Positions 23,741-35,590 of a stretch of DNA of 64,000 bases are shown here, piece by piece. The notes under the pieces were generated by a model. It saw only the letters and a list, made by a program, of their open reading frames with translations, searched no databases and was not told the DNA's origin. The translations under genes and the position numbers were made by a program. Positions within the stretch are counted from its first letter, which is position 1; every line of letters starts with the position of its first letter. The DNA is from Malacoraja senta (Eukaryota): positions 1 through 64,000 of the forward strand of contig JAXLNO010005673.1 of NCBI GenBank assembly GCA_038087875.1, given 5' to 3'.

Positions 23741-25327
23741 CAGTGCATTCAGAAAGTATTCAGACCCGTTCACTTTTTCTACATTTTGTTACTTTACAGC
23801 CTTATTCTAAAATGGATTAAATTCATTTTTTTATCATCAATCTACACACAATACCCCATAATAAAAAAGTGAAAACAGGTGTTTAGAAATTTTTGCGAAG
23901 TAATTCAAAAGAAATAACTGAAATATCACATTCACATAAGTATTCAGATCCTTTGCTATGACACTCAAAATTGAGCTTCGGTTCATCCTGTTTACATTGA
24001 TTATCCTTGAGATGTTTCTACAACTTGTTTGGAAAGTCCACCAATGGTAAATTAAATTGATTGGACATAAGTCGGAAAGGCACACACCTGTCTATATAAG
24101 GTCCCACAGTTGACAGTGCATGTCAGAGCAAAAACCAAGCCATGAAGGCAAAGGAATTGTCCGCAGACCTCCGAGACAGGATTGTGTCGAGGCACAGATC
24201 TAGGGAAAGGTATAAAACAATTTCTGCAGCATTGCAGGTCCCGAAGAGCACAGTGGCCTCCATTATTCTTAAATGGAAGAACTTTGGAACCACCAGGACT
24301 CTGCATAGAGCTGGACGCCCAGCCAAACGGAGCAATCGGGGGAGAAGAACCTCGGTCAGGGTGGTAACCAAGAACCCGATGGTCACTCTGACAAAGCTCC
24401 AGAGTTCCTCTGTAGAGATGGGAGAACCTTCCAGAAGGACAACTATATCTGCAGCACTCCACCAATCAGGCCTTTATGTTAGAGTGGCCAGACGGAAGCC
24501 ACTTCTCAGTAAAAGGCACATGACAGCCTGCTTGGAATTTGCCAAAAGGCAGCTAAAGGACTGTCAGACCATGATCTCTTTGGAATTGAACTCTTTGGCC
24601 TGAATGCCAAGCGTCACGTCTGGAGGAAACCAGGCACCGCTCATCACCTGGCCAATACCATACCTACGGTGAAGCATGGTGGTGGCAGCATCATGCTGTG
24701 AGGATGTCTTTCAGCGGCAGGAACTGGGATACCAGTCAGGATCGAGGGAAAGATGAACGGAGCAAAGTAGAGAGAGACCCTTGATGAAAACCTGCTCCAG
24801 AGCGTTCTGGACCTCAGACTGGGGCGGAGGTTCACCTTCCAACAGGACAATGACCCTAAACACACAGCCAAGACAATGCAGGAATGGCTTTGTGACAAGT
24901 TTGTGAAGGTCCTTGAGTGGCCCAGCCAGAGCCCGGACTTGAACCCGATCGAATATCTCTGGAGGGACCTGAAAAAGCTGTGCATCGACGCTCCCCATCC
25001 AACCTGACAGAGCTAGAGAGGATCTGCAGAGAAGAATGGGAGAAATTACCCAAATATAGGTGTGCCAAGCTTGTAGCGTCATTCCCAAGAAAACTTGAGG
25101 CTGTAATCGCTGCAAAGGTGCCTCAACAAAGTTTACTTATGTAAATGTGATATTTCAGTTATTTCTTTTGAATTACTTTACAAAAATTTTTAAACACCTG
25201 TTTTTGCTTTTTTATTATGTGTGTAGATTAATGATAAATAAATGAATTTAATCCATTTTAGAGTAAGGCTGTAACGTAACAAAATGTGGAAAAAGTGAAG
25301 GGGTCAGAATGCTTTCTGAATGTACTG
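23741..25327 (+). mobile_element. Near full-length Tc1-family transposon with ~200-bp TIRs (Passport/Sleeping Beauty-like architecture)
   Basis: TA on both sides (23739-40 and 25328-29); TIR cagtgcattcagaaagtattcagaccc against gggtcagaatgctttctgaatgtactg; transposase remnants inside. Confidence 0.95.
24142..25132 (+). pseudogene. Tc1 transposase, disrupted
   Basis: MKAKELSADLRDRIV..GRPAK..ARRKPLLS, then [38 protein letters not shown] and CAKLVAS..VIAAK. The WSDE region is deleted; stops and frameshifts present. Confidence 0.92.
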
Positions 25328-25496
25328 TATTTACTGCTCAAAGACTCTGAAGCAGATTATTTTCAGTTTTCCATTTAGTTTCAGTAAAACATTTTAAAGA
25401 TCACTCGCCCTCATGGATTTACGCAACTAGACAACACTGTTTGATGATGAGATAATAATGACTTCCTCCCCACTCCCAGTGGTCGAGTGACTGGAC

Positions 25497-25550
25497 GGGG
25501 TGGAAGATTGCAACCTTCACGTGGTCCGCCCTGTTTCGACTAATGCAATC
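25497..25550 (+). ncRNA. Predicted HDV-like (CPEB3-type) self-cleaving ribozyme with minimal P4
   Basis: P1 GGGGTGG/CCGCCCT (G+1.U wobble), P2 GATTGCA/TGCAATC, P3 ACC/GGT, L3 TTCACGT, single P1.1 pair C25518-G25533, J4/2 CTAA with putative catalytic C25540. Confidence 0.8.
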
Positions 25551-25638
25551 AACTCGAGGTGCACAAACGGAAGATCAAATAGAACAAGTTGTCCAACAAC
25601 TTTAGGCTGTGCACGCCACACGAAAGAAGAAGAAGAAG
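25497..25638 (+). mobile_element. 142-bp non-autonomous retroelement (family A): HDV-like ribozyme, stem-loop, (AAG)n tail
   Basis: TSD (AG)TGACTGGAC at 25486-25496 and 25637-25647; paralogue at 33338-33474. Confidence 0.85.
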
Positions 25639-25657
25639 TGACTGGACATAACCAATT

Positions 25658-25964
25658 GGGCGGCATGGTGGCGCAGTGGTAGAGTTGCTGCCTTACAGTG
25701 ACAGAAACCCGGGTTTGGTCCTGACTACGGGTGCTGTCTGTACAGAGTTTGTACGTTCTCCCTGTGACCTGCGTGGCCTTTCTCCGGGTGCTCCGTTTCC
25801 TCCCACACTCCAAACACGTATAGGTTTGTAGGTTAATTGGCTTGATACAATGACAAATTGTCCCTAGTGTGTGTAGGATAATGCTAGTTTGAGGCGATCG
25901 CTGGTGGACGCGGACTCAGTGGGCTGAAGGGTCTGTTTCTGCGCTGTATATCTAAACTAAACTA
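25658..25964 (+). mobile_element. V-type tRNA SINE
   Basis: gggcggcatggtggcgcagtggtagag head, V-domain, CR1-type tail, (aaact)n. Confidence 0.88.
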
Positions 25965-26439
25965 ATAACCCTCGGAATTGTGACATTACAGCCACTAAAC
26001 CTTTGCAAAGGAGCCGACTGCCAGGTAGCCAAAATAGCTGCGTGCTAAAGATACAAGACTTTTAGAATGTAACTTTGGCCTTCTGCTTCATGGACACAGA
26101 TTACTCCACTCACTTCTCCCTCTGCCCACTTTCCATGCACAAAGAAAGGCAAATATTACTTTTTTCAGAATTGTCAACTTAACTGTTAGCAGACATCGAA
26201 CCACTTGTATTCAATTTCCCATCGTTATGGTGAACATTGCTTCAAAAGCACAAACTTGATAACAGAAAACTGAACCAAATTAAACCCATGAGTCTGACTT
26301 GATTATCCCATCCCTGAGCTGGGCACTCCAGGTCTGAAAAGTCCAGATAATGATCCATGGTTTCACTACTAAAGCCTGCAAGATTAACTTGGGAATGAAT
26401 TCTTCCTGCTTAGCATCAGACCCAATAACCAAATGGGTA

Positions 26440-26945
26440 GGGAATGTCAGCAGGTCAATTTCAGGCCATGAATGGAAATCTGATCAGAAATTCAGAACAA
26501 GTTTCTGTCTGCAGCGTGGTGAGCAGTTGGAGCTTGCTACCACAGGGAGTGGTTGAAGAAATAGTACAGATCCATCTAAGGGTGGAGCTGGACGGATGCA
26601 CGGGGGAAGGGAATAGAGGGCTGCACTGATCAATCTAGATGTGTAAGATGCGAGGAAGCATAAATGATTCATAAATACAGGCAGCTCACGTTTTACCCTG
26701 GAGTTACGTGCTTGAAAAGCAGCGCCTAATTCAAAAACGTTTAAATTAAACATATATGCGACTATGCTGCCGGAGGTAAATTTGAGCACGTTATTACAAA
26801 AATACCAGTGTGTAAATCAAGCTTTAGTATTAATGGAACAAGCGTGTTATTTCAAAAACGCAAAAAATCAAGCATGCATAAAACGCGAGGTGCTTGTACT
26901 AATGTGGACTGGTTGGGCTGAATGGCCTTTTCTGTGATGTAATGG
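26440..26945 (+). mobile_element. Old CR1 3' fragment interrupted by a MITE
   Basis: QRVVSSWSLLPQGVVE-like segment; the tail ttgggctgaatggcc resumes after 26898. Confidence 0.6.
26678..26896. mobile_element. TA-flanked Tc1/pogo-type MITE
   Basis: TA|caggcagctcacgtttta ... taaaacgcgaggtgcttg|TA, imperfect 18-bp TIRs. Confidence 0.65.
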
Positions 26946-27062
26946 CTTTACTCTTTTTTACTGGCTGAAAAATCCCATCAGATCAGTTATCCTTCCATAA
27001 GCTAATGTCTGATTCACCTCTATCTCATTGTGGACATTGGACTTTATCTCTGGGACTGTTAG

Positions 27063-27157
27063 GCTGAAGAAGGGTTTTGACCCGAAACGTTGCCTATTTC
27101 CTTCGCTCCATAGATGATGCCTCATCCGCTGAGTTTCTCCAGCATTTTTGTCTACCT
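27063..27157 (+). mobile_element. Penelope-type repeat with minimal hammerhead motif (27064-27091)
   Basis: CTGAAGA-A-GGGTT-TT-GACCC-GAAACGTT followed by the shared body. Confidence 0.75.
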
Positions 27158-28892
27158 CTGTTTCTTTCTCTTTGCTCCATCTAATGTATTTGAGATGGAC
27201 TTGATTGTATTTCTGGGTAAATATTATCTGATTCGATTACATAGCATGCAAAATAAAGCTTTTCACTGTACCTCGGTACATGTGACAATAATAAACCTAA
27301 ACTTAAACCATCTACATTCGGGTTGCCTTTGGGACCTGAAGTCAGTGGCCTGATGGAGTTAAAAGCAGTATTGACTTGGGATTGGACAGTTGCATTTTCC
27401 CATAAAAGCAAATACACTCATAGAGGATGAAAGAAAAAGATATCAGCTGCAACTTAGGCATCTTTGTGTCAGAAAGCTATGGGTTCAAACACTTATTCAG
27501 CCATGGGAAATCAAGGCTCACCTCTGGGTGAAACTTTGGAAGTCTCAATGAATAATTTCTGAGAAAAGCAAGAGTTTTCTTGTGTACTATCAAGTATGCA
27601 GCCTTCAAGTAACACCAGGAAGCAGGTTCTCTGGTTAGTACTACATTGCTACTTGTGGGACATGGTTTATATATATTTTTTCTAAGAGTCTAACACAAAC
27701 TCAGTTCTAATAAAGATACTTAAAACGACAGCATTAAATGCTTTCCTTTCTACAAATATTCGACTTGCTGAGTTTTTCCAGCATTAGCTCTTTTAATTTC
27801 AGACTTCCACCATCAGCAGATATTTTGATCTTCATATAATAGTGGCTGCCACATTTGATGTGTTACCATGGTAACTGAACATCATGTCGGATGTCCTTGG
27901 CTGTTAAGCTTTTTACAGTGTTGGAAAGGTGCAATATATATATTTGTTTCTTTTTCAATAAAAAAACAGATGATAAAGAAACCTGAAGGAGTCCCTGGCA
28001 AATAAAAGTATTGCAATTCTTATCATGACTTCTGAAGGTGAGTGCATCAAGGATCAAGATATAAGCATGTCAGTGAAACACTTCAGCCAACATCCCAGCT
28101 ACTTGCACTGCGAGAGCTTCCACAAGAACATAGAAAACAGGAGCAAGAACAGGTTTCATTTTAAACATATTTACAATTTCCATTTTAAGTTATTATTACA
28201 TCTGCTGCATTCTCAGATTTTCTGAGTAAAGGCAACATGGAGAAAGTCCCCGCTATATTCCTGCTTGTTCTTTTCCCAAGTTTTCCTACATAAGGTAACA
28301 CCCACTCCTGCCAGGGAAATAGTTTCTCTTGATCAGCTCTCACATAATTTTGATTAAATCCATCTTAACTTTCTCTGCTCAAATAAGAATATCCGTCTGG
28401 TCTTGAACATAATGTTATCATTTGAAACGGCTCAGGTTTTACCCTCTACTGCTACATTTATCTTGTAACAGTCCCCATTTGCAACATTTTCCCTTCCACT
28501 ATTTAATCATCCTGTTCTTCACCCACTTCCTCACTTTCTCTTTGTCTGGTTCTACTCTTTCTTGTCTCTGTTCATGCTTACAAACTGCTCAGTTGGAAAC
28601 TGGTCCCAATTCTGATGGGAGAGCATCAGCCTAAAACATTGATCTCATCATTTGCAAAGAAGGAGAAAGGGTGGTCAGAAACTCCAAGTTTCTCAGAGTC
28701 ACAGGGATGATTACATCCACACCCTGCAGGTTTGCCACCGGGATGTTGTCCCAGTGGATTGGCACTGCTGGCAGTCAGGCAAGCAAAGAAGAGCATGAAG
28801 TAGGTGAGTTATTGGTTGTTGGGACTTACTTTTCAGTAGAGTGTGGTGGTGCAGTGGATGGTGTTTGCATAGGAGGATGGGCATTATTGCCA

Positions 28893-29310
28893 GAATTGGT
28901 GGGTATATGGAATGAGCTGTCAGAGGCAGTAGTTGAGGCAGGTGCAATAACAACATTTAAAACACATTTGGACATGTTCATGGATAGGAAAGGTTTAGAG
29001 GGATATGAGCCAAATGCGGGGATGTGGGTCGAGTAGAGAAGGGGAATGACAGCATCTCTGGAGAAAGGAATGGGTGACATTTCTTGTCAAGACCCTGAAG
29101 AGTCTCGACTCAAAACGTCATCCATTCCTTTTCTCCAGAGATGCTGTCTGACCCGCTGAGTTACTCCAGCTTTTTGTGTCTATCTTTGGTTTAAACCAGC
29201 ATATGCAGTTCCTTCTTACACATACAGAAGGGGAATATTGGTCAGAATGGGCAAGTTGGATCGAAGGGCCGGTTTCCATGTTGTATGACTTTTGGAGTCT
29301 ATGACTCTAA
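28893..29310 (+). mobile_element. CR1 3' fragment split by an inverted Penelope-type repeat pair (about 29046-29224)
   Basis: VGIWNELSEAVVEAGAITTFKTHLDMFMDRKGLEGY. The tail gaagggccggtttccatg resumes after the insert; agaagggga flanks the insert on both sides. Confidence 0.7.
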
Positions 29311-30926
29311 TTGCAGAACAGTTGACAGAGATGTCAGTGTTGGTGATGTCAAGGAGCGATCCCGGAGGTGGAAGGGTGTCTGCGGATTCAGTCTTGAGCT
29401 TGAATGAAGTGGACACGCTTCATTTCCTCCGCAAAACTCGAATGAGCTGCCTCTGAGAGGCATTGCTGACACTGAAGAGTTCAATCCCCACAAGGATCAG
29501 CCCACTGAGCTGTTTAGGAAGCACACAGCTGGGGCATCCTAGGTTCAAAAGGTCAATGGCACAATGTAAACTTCAAGCAGGTGCTAGCAGAGCTATATAA
29601 TCGGTGACAACTAGTGACTCATCTTTCTTTTGATGCCTTGCCACCTCATTTAGTCACATTCTTAGCCCAGTGGGCTCCAGGCCCAGTTAATAGACTAGTA
29701 TCCAGAAGCTGCACTATCAAATTCCATCATACATGTGGGGCAATTCATATTTAAAGACATCTGAAATAACAATGCAAATAAGAGTGATCTGGAAACAGCT
29801 GTGTGGTTAAAACCTGTCTAGTTTCATTAAAATTCTTCATGGGAGAAAACCTAGGATCCTTACCTAATGTTACCTTTATGTGACTCTAATAAATTAAAAC
29901 AAAAATCCCTTCCTGCACATTCAACATAGAAAATGGAGAGGGAGAAGGAGAGAGATGGTATTCATACAACTATGCCTAAAGCTTCAGATCAAAATTCATC
30001 AAAACAAACAGCTCAAACCAGAGCAATGCAAAAGTCGAGTATGTCAAATGAATTTCAGCTTTGAATACAAAGGGACAATTAGAATTGTGAATTAAGGAAG
30101 AAATACTAAATAAGGTCTTGATAGCGATAGGAACCAAGGAACGATGCAAGATGAGCTAACGGAATATATGCAATAGAAATATGATCTGCATTGCATACGT
30201 TTTATAATTAAACTTTTGTTATGCAAATATGTCATGTGCTGTTTGTAGTAAATTTAATTCTGAAACTAATTTGAAATTAACATAAAATAAGAAAGAATGT
30301 AGTTTCCTTAAAATATAATCTGAGCTCGCATGTTCGTGCCATAAGGTACCTATAACACCGAATGTTATCATACTTCACTTTGAGCATCAAACATATTTAG
30401 CAATGACAATGATATGTTACTTATTCAAGGAGACTGAAATAGCTTGATGCCCATTTGATTGGAGTTTAGTATATTGAAGTGAAACAGATGGTTAGGACTA
30501 GTGTTGCTCACAACCTACTCTATCATCATGTCTGTGATATTAAAGAGAGAGAAGATATTACTTTCCAGTGGCTTAGTGTAAGTACCTTGTTTAATAACAG
30601 CAGTTAAGTAAGCAGATACACACTAATTGACAAAGATTTGGAATAGAATATTGCTCTGACTTCTAATGAATAATGACTTACCTGTTTCTGGAACCATAAA
30701 TAGGTATGAGACTCACTGCCAATGTAAAATTGTGAATTTATTGTGAGTTCTGCAATTCCAAGCCTTCAATGCATTGGATACAGCAATGCATGAAGAAGGT
30801 GGGACATATGCAATGGTTTCCAATGTAAAAGCCTGAAAGCCACTTCCACAGGTGTTGTCAATGCCCACTCTATCCTTCAGAAATGCCTTCACACTGCATG
30901 GTAGGTCTGCTCTATTATTATTTAAG

Positions 30927-31390
30927 CTGTGGAGAAATTGACAGTAAAAGGTTGTTCAGTGGATAATGAATAGTGAGCCTGCAAACAATTATTTCTAGAG
31001 CTGCTGCAAATGTCTGCAGTTGATGAGCTCCAAGGTAAGCTTCAAGGAGCTTGGCCTTCAAATTCCTGAACCTCGAGTATAATACCGTGCTGGTGAAGTC
31101 ACCGGGCCAGCAGCCAGAGTTCTGGACCAATTTCCCACTCTGACTTTACATAGCTCTGGACTCTCCAATGCAGTTGATGTACCAGTGTCTCATCGTTTCA
31201 GGGATCGTTAGGGATGGACAATAAGTGTCAGCATTTCAGGTGACATCCATTCTTGTGAAAGAAGAAGTCCTGCTTTCACATTACCTTGGAGCTCATGGGC
31301 TGCTGACATTTGCAGCAGTTCTTGAAATAATTGCTTGCTGGCTCACTATTCATCATCCACTGAACATTACTCTACTGCCAATTTCTCAGC
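30927..31390. repeat. Inverted repeat, ~110-bp arms (30927-31038 and 31281-31390)
   Basis: Arms align by eye at roughly 85% as reverse complements. Confidence 0.8.
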
Positions 31391-32159
31391 CTATGTCCCG
31401 TTGCCTCATCTTTTGCTTTAAAGAAAACCAAGAGTTAAAAATGTTTTTTATAAAGCACTGTTTGTGGATAATGACAAGATCAAGAAAGGTATGTTGAGAA
31501 ATTGAGCTCCATATTTTACTCAACTTTCAATTTGACAGAATTCCTGTTAAAATCTTAAATTATTAATGTGGTGATCTGCCCTGTCTGGGATAAATGCGAA
31601 CGTTTAACGGTATCAGCATTATAATCTAAGAAATGCATCTTATGAATGAATTGAGACTGAATTTGTCCTTGGCCACCTCTGCTAACAGTGTGATCCAGTC
31701 GGGCCCGTGCATTAGACACAGCTTCTGAAAATTGGTTTAATTGACTTCAGTGAAGCAACATTTTGAAAATGAAGTACAATATGCAGCCGCTCCTGTATCA
31801 GATATTTAATCTAGACAAGAGAGGATGCTTCTTCTTTTTTTTTACACACAATGTGCCATTATGTTAATTAAATTTTGTGCACAGTCTTAAAAAAAGGTCA
31901 AATGCCATCCGTATCTGACAAAATTAGATTATTAAAACTGAGGATGAACAGTGGAGGGAGACTTTGCTTAAGTGCACATCTACTGAAAACCAACAAGAAA
32001 ATAGATAGGTTGGTTTTCTTCCTGTCTCATTGATGATGAATGAAGGAGTCTCTCTCTTTTTTCTTCTGAATCTTGCTTGTCTGAAGGCGTGATTCATCCT
32101 GGGGTTGGACCACGAGCACCAGCTGCTTTGAATGTGGCCACTGAAACATAAACTTTTAA

Positions 32160-32380
32160 AGAAAACTTTTTTCACACAGAGAGTTGTGAGTCTGTGGAAT
32201 ACTCTGCCTCAGAGGGCGGTGGAGGCCAGTTCTCTGGATACTTTCAAGAGAGAGCTAGATAGGGCTCTTAAAGAAAGCGGAGTCAGGGGATATGGGGGAA
32301 GGCAGGAACGGGGTATTGATTGGGGATGATCAGCCATGATCACATTGAATGGCGGTGCTGGATCGAAGGGCCGAATGCCT
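32160..32380 (+). mobile_element. CR1 3' end fragment
   Basis: FFTQRVVSLWNTLPQRAVEASSLDTFKRELDRAL followed by gaagggccgaatgcctactc. Confidence 0.8.
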
Positions 32381-33337
32381 ACTCTTTACGTAAAATAGAA
32401 ATGCATTTCTTCATGGGAATACAAAAGTTGGTTGAGCTGCTGCCTCCCAGCATTACTGATCCAGGCTCAATCCTCACCTCATCTATTGGGTATCATGGGT
32501 TTCCACAAAATGCTCTAGTTTCTTCCACACCTTCAAGTCATTTGCCTTGGTAGGTGAATTGCCCACTGCAACCTGCTTCTGGTGCATGAAGGAATGTTGG
32601 GGGAATTGGTAAAACCATGAGCAGAATAAAATCGGATTAGTGTAGGTTTAGTCCAAGTGGCTGCTTGATTTTCAGTGGGCTGAGGGACTTGTTTCCCTGC
32701 TGTATAACTCCGTGACACCACCGGCTATATGGCTGATTTCACTGGTCAAAACCTGTTTTGATTCACAATTCTGAAGATACTTTACAAGTGTCTGGATTCA
32801 GGATGCAAACTATTATCCCACCTTTTCTCCATAAATTATTGTTCTGCAGTATTTTAGGCCAATGTACCAAAAGTGCACACAGAATACCAAATGTAATCTA
32901 GCCAATATTTATATAACATTTCAATAGTTTTGAATTGATTTACAGTCCAAAGCATTTGTGATGCATCCTATGACATCATTAACCTTGAGGATAATGGCTT
33001 CAAAAATTGAGTCATCACTAATCACATCCCATTCCATTTCCCTTTCCATCTTTGCCTAATGGATGACTATTCATTACATCCACGTGTTTTGATTACGTTT
33101 GAGCCCTGTTCTAATGGTAGAGTGAGATCTAATGATGTGAATAGACAATTTATAGTTTTCAGCATAATTGCTGTCTTGACACATAATGATGGGATTAGTT
33201 CAGTGATGCTGAGTCAGGAAACCATACAGATTTCGGCTCAACTCATCCATGCCTACCAAGATGCCCCATCTAGTCCCATTTTCCTGCATTTGACTCACAT
33301 CCCTCAAAATCTTTCCTATCTATGTAGCTGTCTAAAC

Positions 33338-33474
33338 AGATAGGAGATTGCAACCTTCACATGGTCCACCCTGTTTCGACGAATGCAATCAACCTGGTGT
33401 GCACAATCAAATAAGATCAAATAGAACAAGTTGTCCTACAACTTTAGGCTGTGCACGCCATACGCAAGAAGAAG
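33338..33474 (+). mobile_element. Second copy of family A ribozyme-headed retroelement (5' P1 strand eroded)
   Basis: TSD (AG)CTGTCTAAAC at 33326-33337 and 33473-33484. Core GATTGCA-ACC-TTCACAT-GGT-CCACCCT-GT-TTCGA-CGAA-TGCAATC; (AAG)3 tail. Confidence 0.85.
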
Positions 33475-33660
33475 CTGTCTAAACGTCCTTTAGATGTTGT
33501 TATTGTGCCTGCCTCAACCACTTTCTCTTACTGTTCATTCTATCTACGTGCCATTCTCTGTGGGAAGAATCTGCCTCCCAGGTTTCTATTAAATCTTTTG
33601 CCTCTTAAGGTTAAGAGTTCTTAATTCCCCAATCCCGGGGAAAAGTGTGCATTCACCTTA

Positions 33661-34381
33661 AGGGGCTGTCCCACTGTAGCAACCTATTCTGCGAGTTTAG
33701 AAGAGTTTGCCCTCAACTCAAACTCACAGCATGGTCGACACGTGGTCCTAGGAGGTCCTATGAGGTCACTGGAACTTTCCTTCATGCTCGACGGAAGTTC
33801 CCGAATACTCGCGGCCTCAGCTAGGTCGCGGAAAATGTTTCAGCGTGTTGAAAATTTTCCGCGAGTAAAATTTGGTCGGCATGGTTCTTTTTAACTCGTA
33901 GTGCAGTGGAGTGGGGTTGCTATTTAGTTACAGGCAGTCGAGGGCAGCCGTAGGCAATCTCCTTCGCTGACCAGGCATTTTGATTGGCTGATTGGAGTTT
34001 TCAGGACCAAGGAAAACCGACCTGTAGGTTAAATGTCCGCTAAACTTTATTATACTTCTTAAAAGTGTTTCCACTCCTTCTCCCCCCTTCTCCCCATCCC
34101 CCCCCCCCACCCTCTCTAAAGGACTTACCGTACACTGTGCAGCCTTCTTTTATCTTCCTGTTCATCGCGGGTGTGAATTTCAGACAGCTCTCCCCCGCTT
34201 TCCCTGGCCCCCGCCTTTGCGATGTGTTTGTGTGTGTGTGTGCAGTCGGTCGATCCAGCTCGCGGTTTCAACGCTGACGGTCGATCCTGCTCGAGGTTTT
34301 CCAGGCGAGTGCCCTCGAGCTTGAAGGTCAAAGACACTCTTCTTAACTCACGGATTAGGTCGCACAAGTGGGACAGCCCCT
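33661..34381. mobile_element. PIF/Harbinger-type MITE
   Basis: TIRs aggggctgtcccact and agtgggacagcccct; TTA on both sides; ends related to 20067-20618. Confidence 0.87.
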
Positions 34382-35289
34382 TTACCTATACCCATCATGA
34401 TTTTATGCATCTCTATAAGGTCACCCTACATCCTCTTGCGCATCCAGGATTAAAGTCCTAGCCTGCTCAACGTCTCACTAACTCAATCCCTCAAATCCTG
34501 ACAAAATCCTCATAAACCTTTTTCTGCATTCTTTCCAGCTTAATGTCAAGGGCGACTAAAACTGCACACAACACTCCAAATGCACCTAACAAATGCCTTA
34601 TGCAATTGCAGCATAACATTCCAGTTTCTATACTCAGTGGCATGGAGTGTGGAAAAGGGCCTTCAGCCCAACTTGCCCACACTGACCAACATGCCCCATC
34701 TACACTAGTCCCACCTGCCTGCATTTGGCTCATATCCTTCTAAACCTATTCTATCCATGTACCTGTCCAAATGTTTAATTAGTACCTGCCTCAACTACCT
34801 CCTCCGGCAGCTCGTTCCATATACCTACCATCCTTTGTGTAAAAAAGTTGCCCCTCAGGTTCCTATTAAATCTTTTCCTCTCACCTTAAACCTAAGTCCT
34901 CTGGTTCTTGATTCCCCTGCACTACCACTGACAATGCATTAATTTGCTCTGCCCTTCTTCCCAAGAGTAGGTCAAGCTTTGCCCTCACCTTAGTAGGGCC
35001 CTTTATACTGTATATTGCCAGAGGAAACTTTCCTGAATACACTTAACAAATTCACCCCATTCTATGTCAAACTCAGTACATTTTAGGAAACTTAAAATCC
35101 CCCACCATGACCACCTTATTATTCTTGCAACACTCCGTAATCCTCCTGCAGATTTGTTTTCAGAACTGATTATTATGGTCGGTTATAAAATAGTTTTGCC
35201 TCATTGTACAACTTGCTGAAAGGTTCTTACAATGAGAATAGTGAGTAATTGGATGAAGTTCATTCCACTTCAATGATTTCAGATGATTT

Positions 35290-35590
35290 CCACCTGATGT
35301 ATCTTCAATGACCTCTTCCTCAATGTCAGCAAGATGAAGGAGCTTCAGGCAGTGTGGTGGAATACATACCTCATTCAGCATCAATGATGCCAAAGTGGAG
35401 ATGGTTGAAATGTTCAAGTCCCTAGGCATAAATATTACCAACCACGTTGAAGCAACAGCCAAGAAGGAGCACACAATGCCTTTACTTCCTCAGGAGACTG
35501 CAAAAGTTCAGCATATCTCCAATGACTCTTACAATCTTCTACAGATGCACCATAGAAATCGTTGAGTCAGATTGCATCACAGCTTTGCCC
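35290..35590 (+). mobile_element. Rex1/Babar LINE fragment downstream of the RT core
   Basis: gtggagatggttgaaatgttcaagtccctaggc (VE.V..FK.LG), gccaagaag..cacaatgcctttacttcctcaggagactg (AKK..Q.LYFLRRL), ttctacagatgcaccatagaa (FYRCTIE). Confidence 0.65.

Larger units (their letters stand above)
33222..34920 (-). mobile_element. CR1 3' fragments hosting two younger insertions (ribozyme element and MITE)
   Basis: The CR1 tail sequence is continuous across the insertions at 33338-33474 and 33661-34381; a second tail lies at about 34640-34920. Confidence 0.7.

Noticed and set aside
31826-31845. cttcttct run as the minus-strand tail of another ribozyme element
   Set aside because: It is followed by poly-T rather than the element body; no TSD or pseudoknot.
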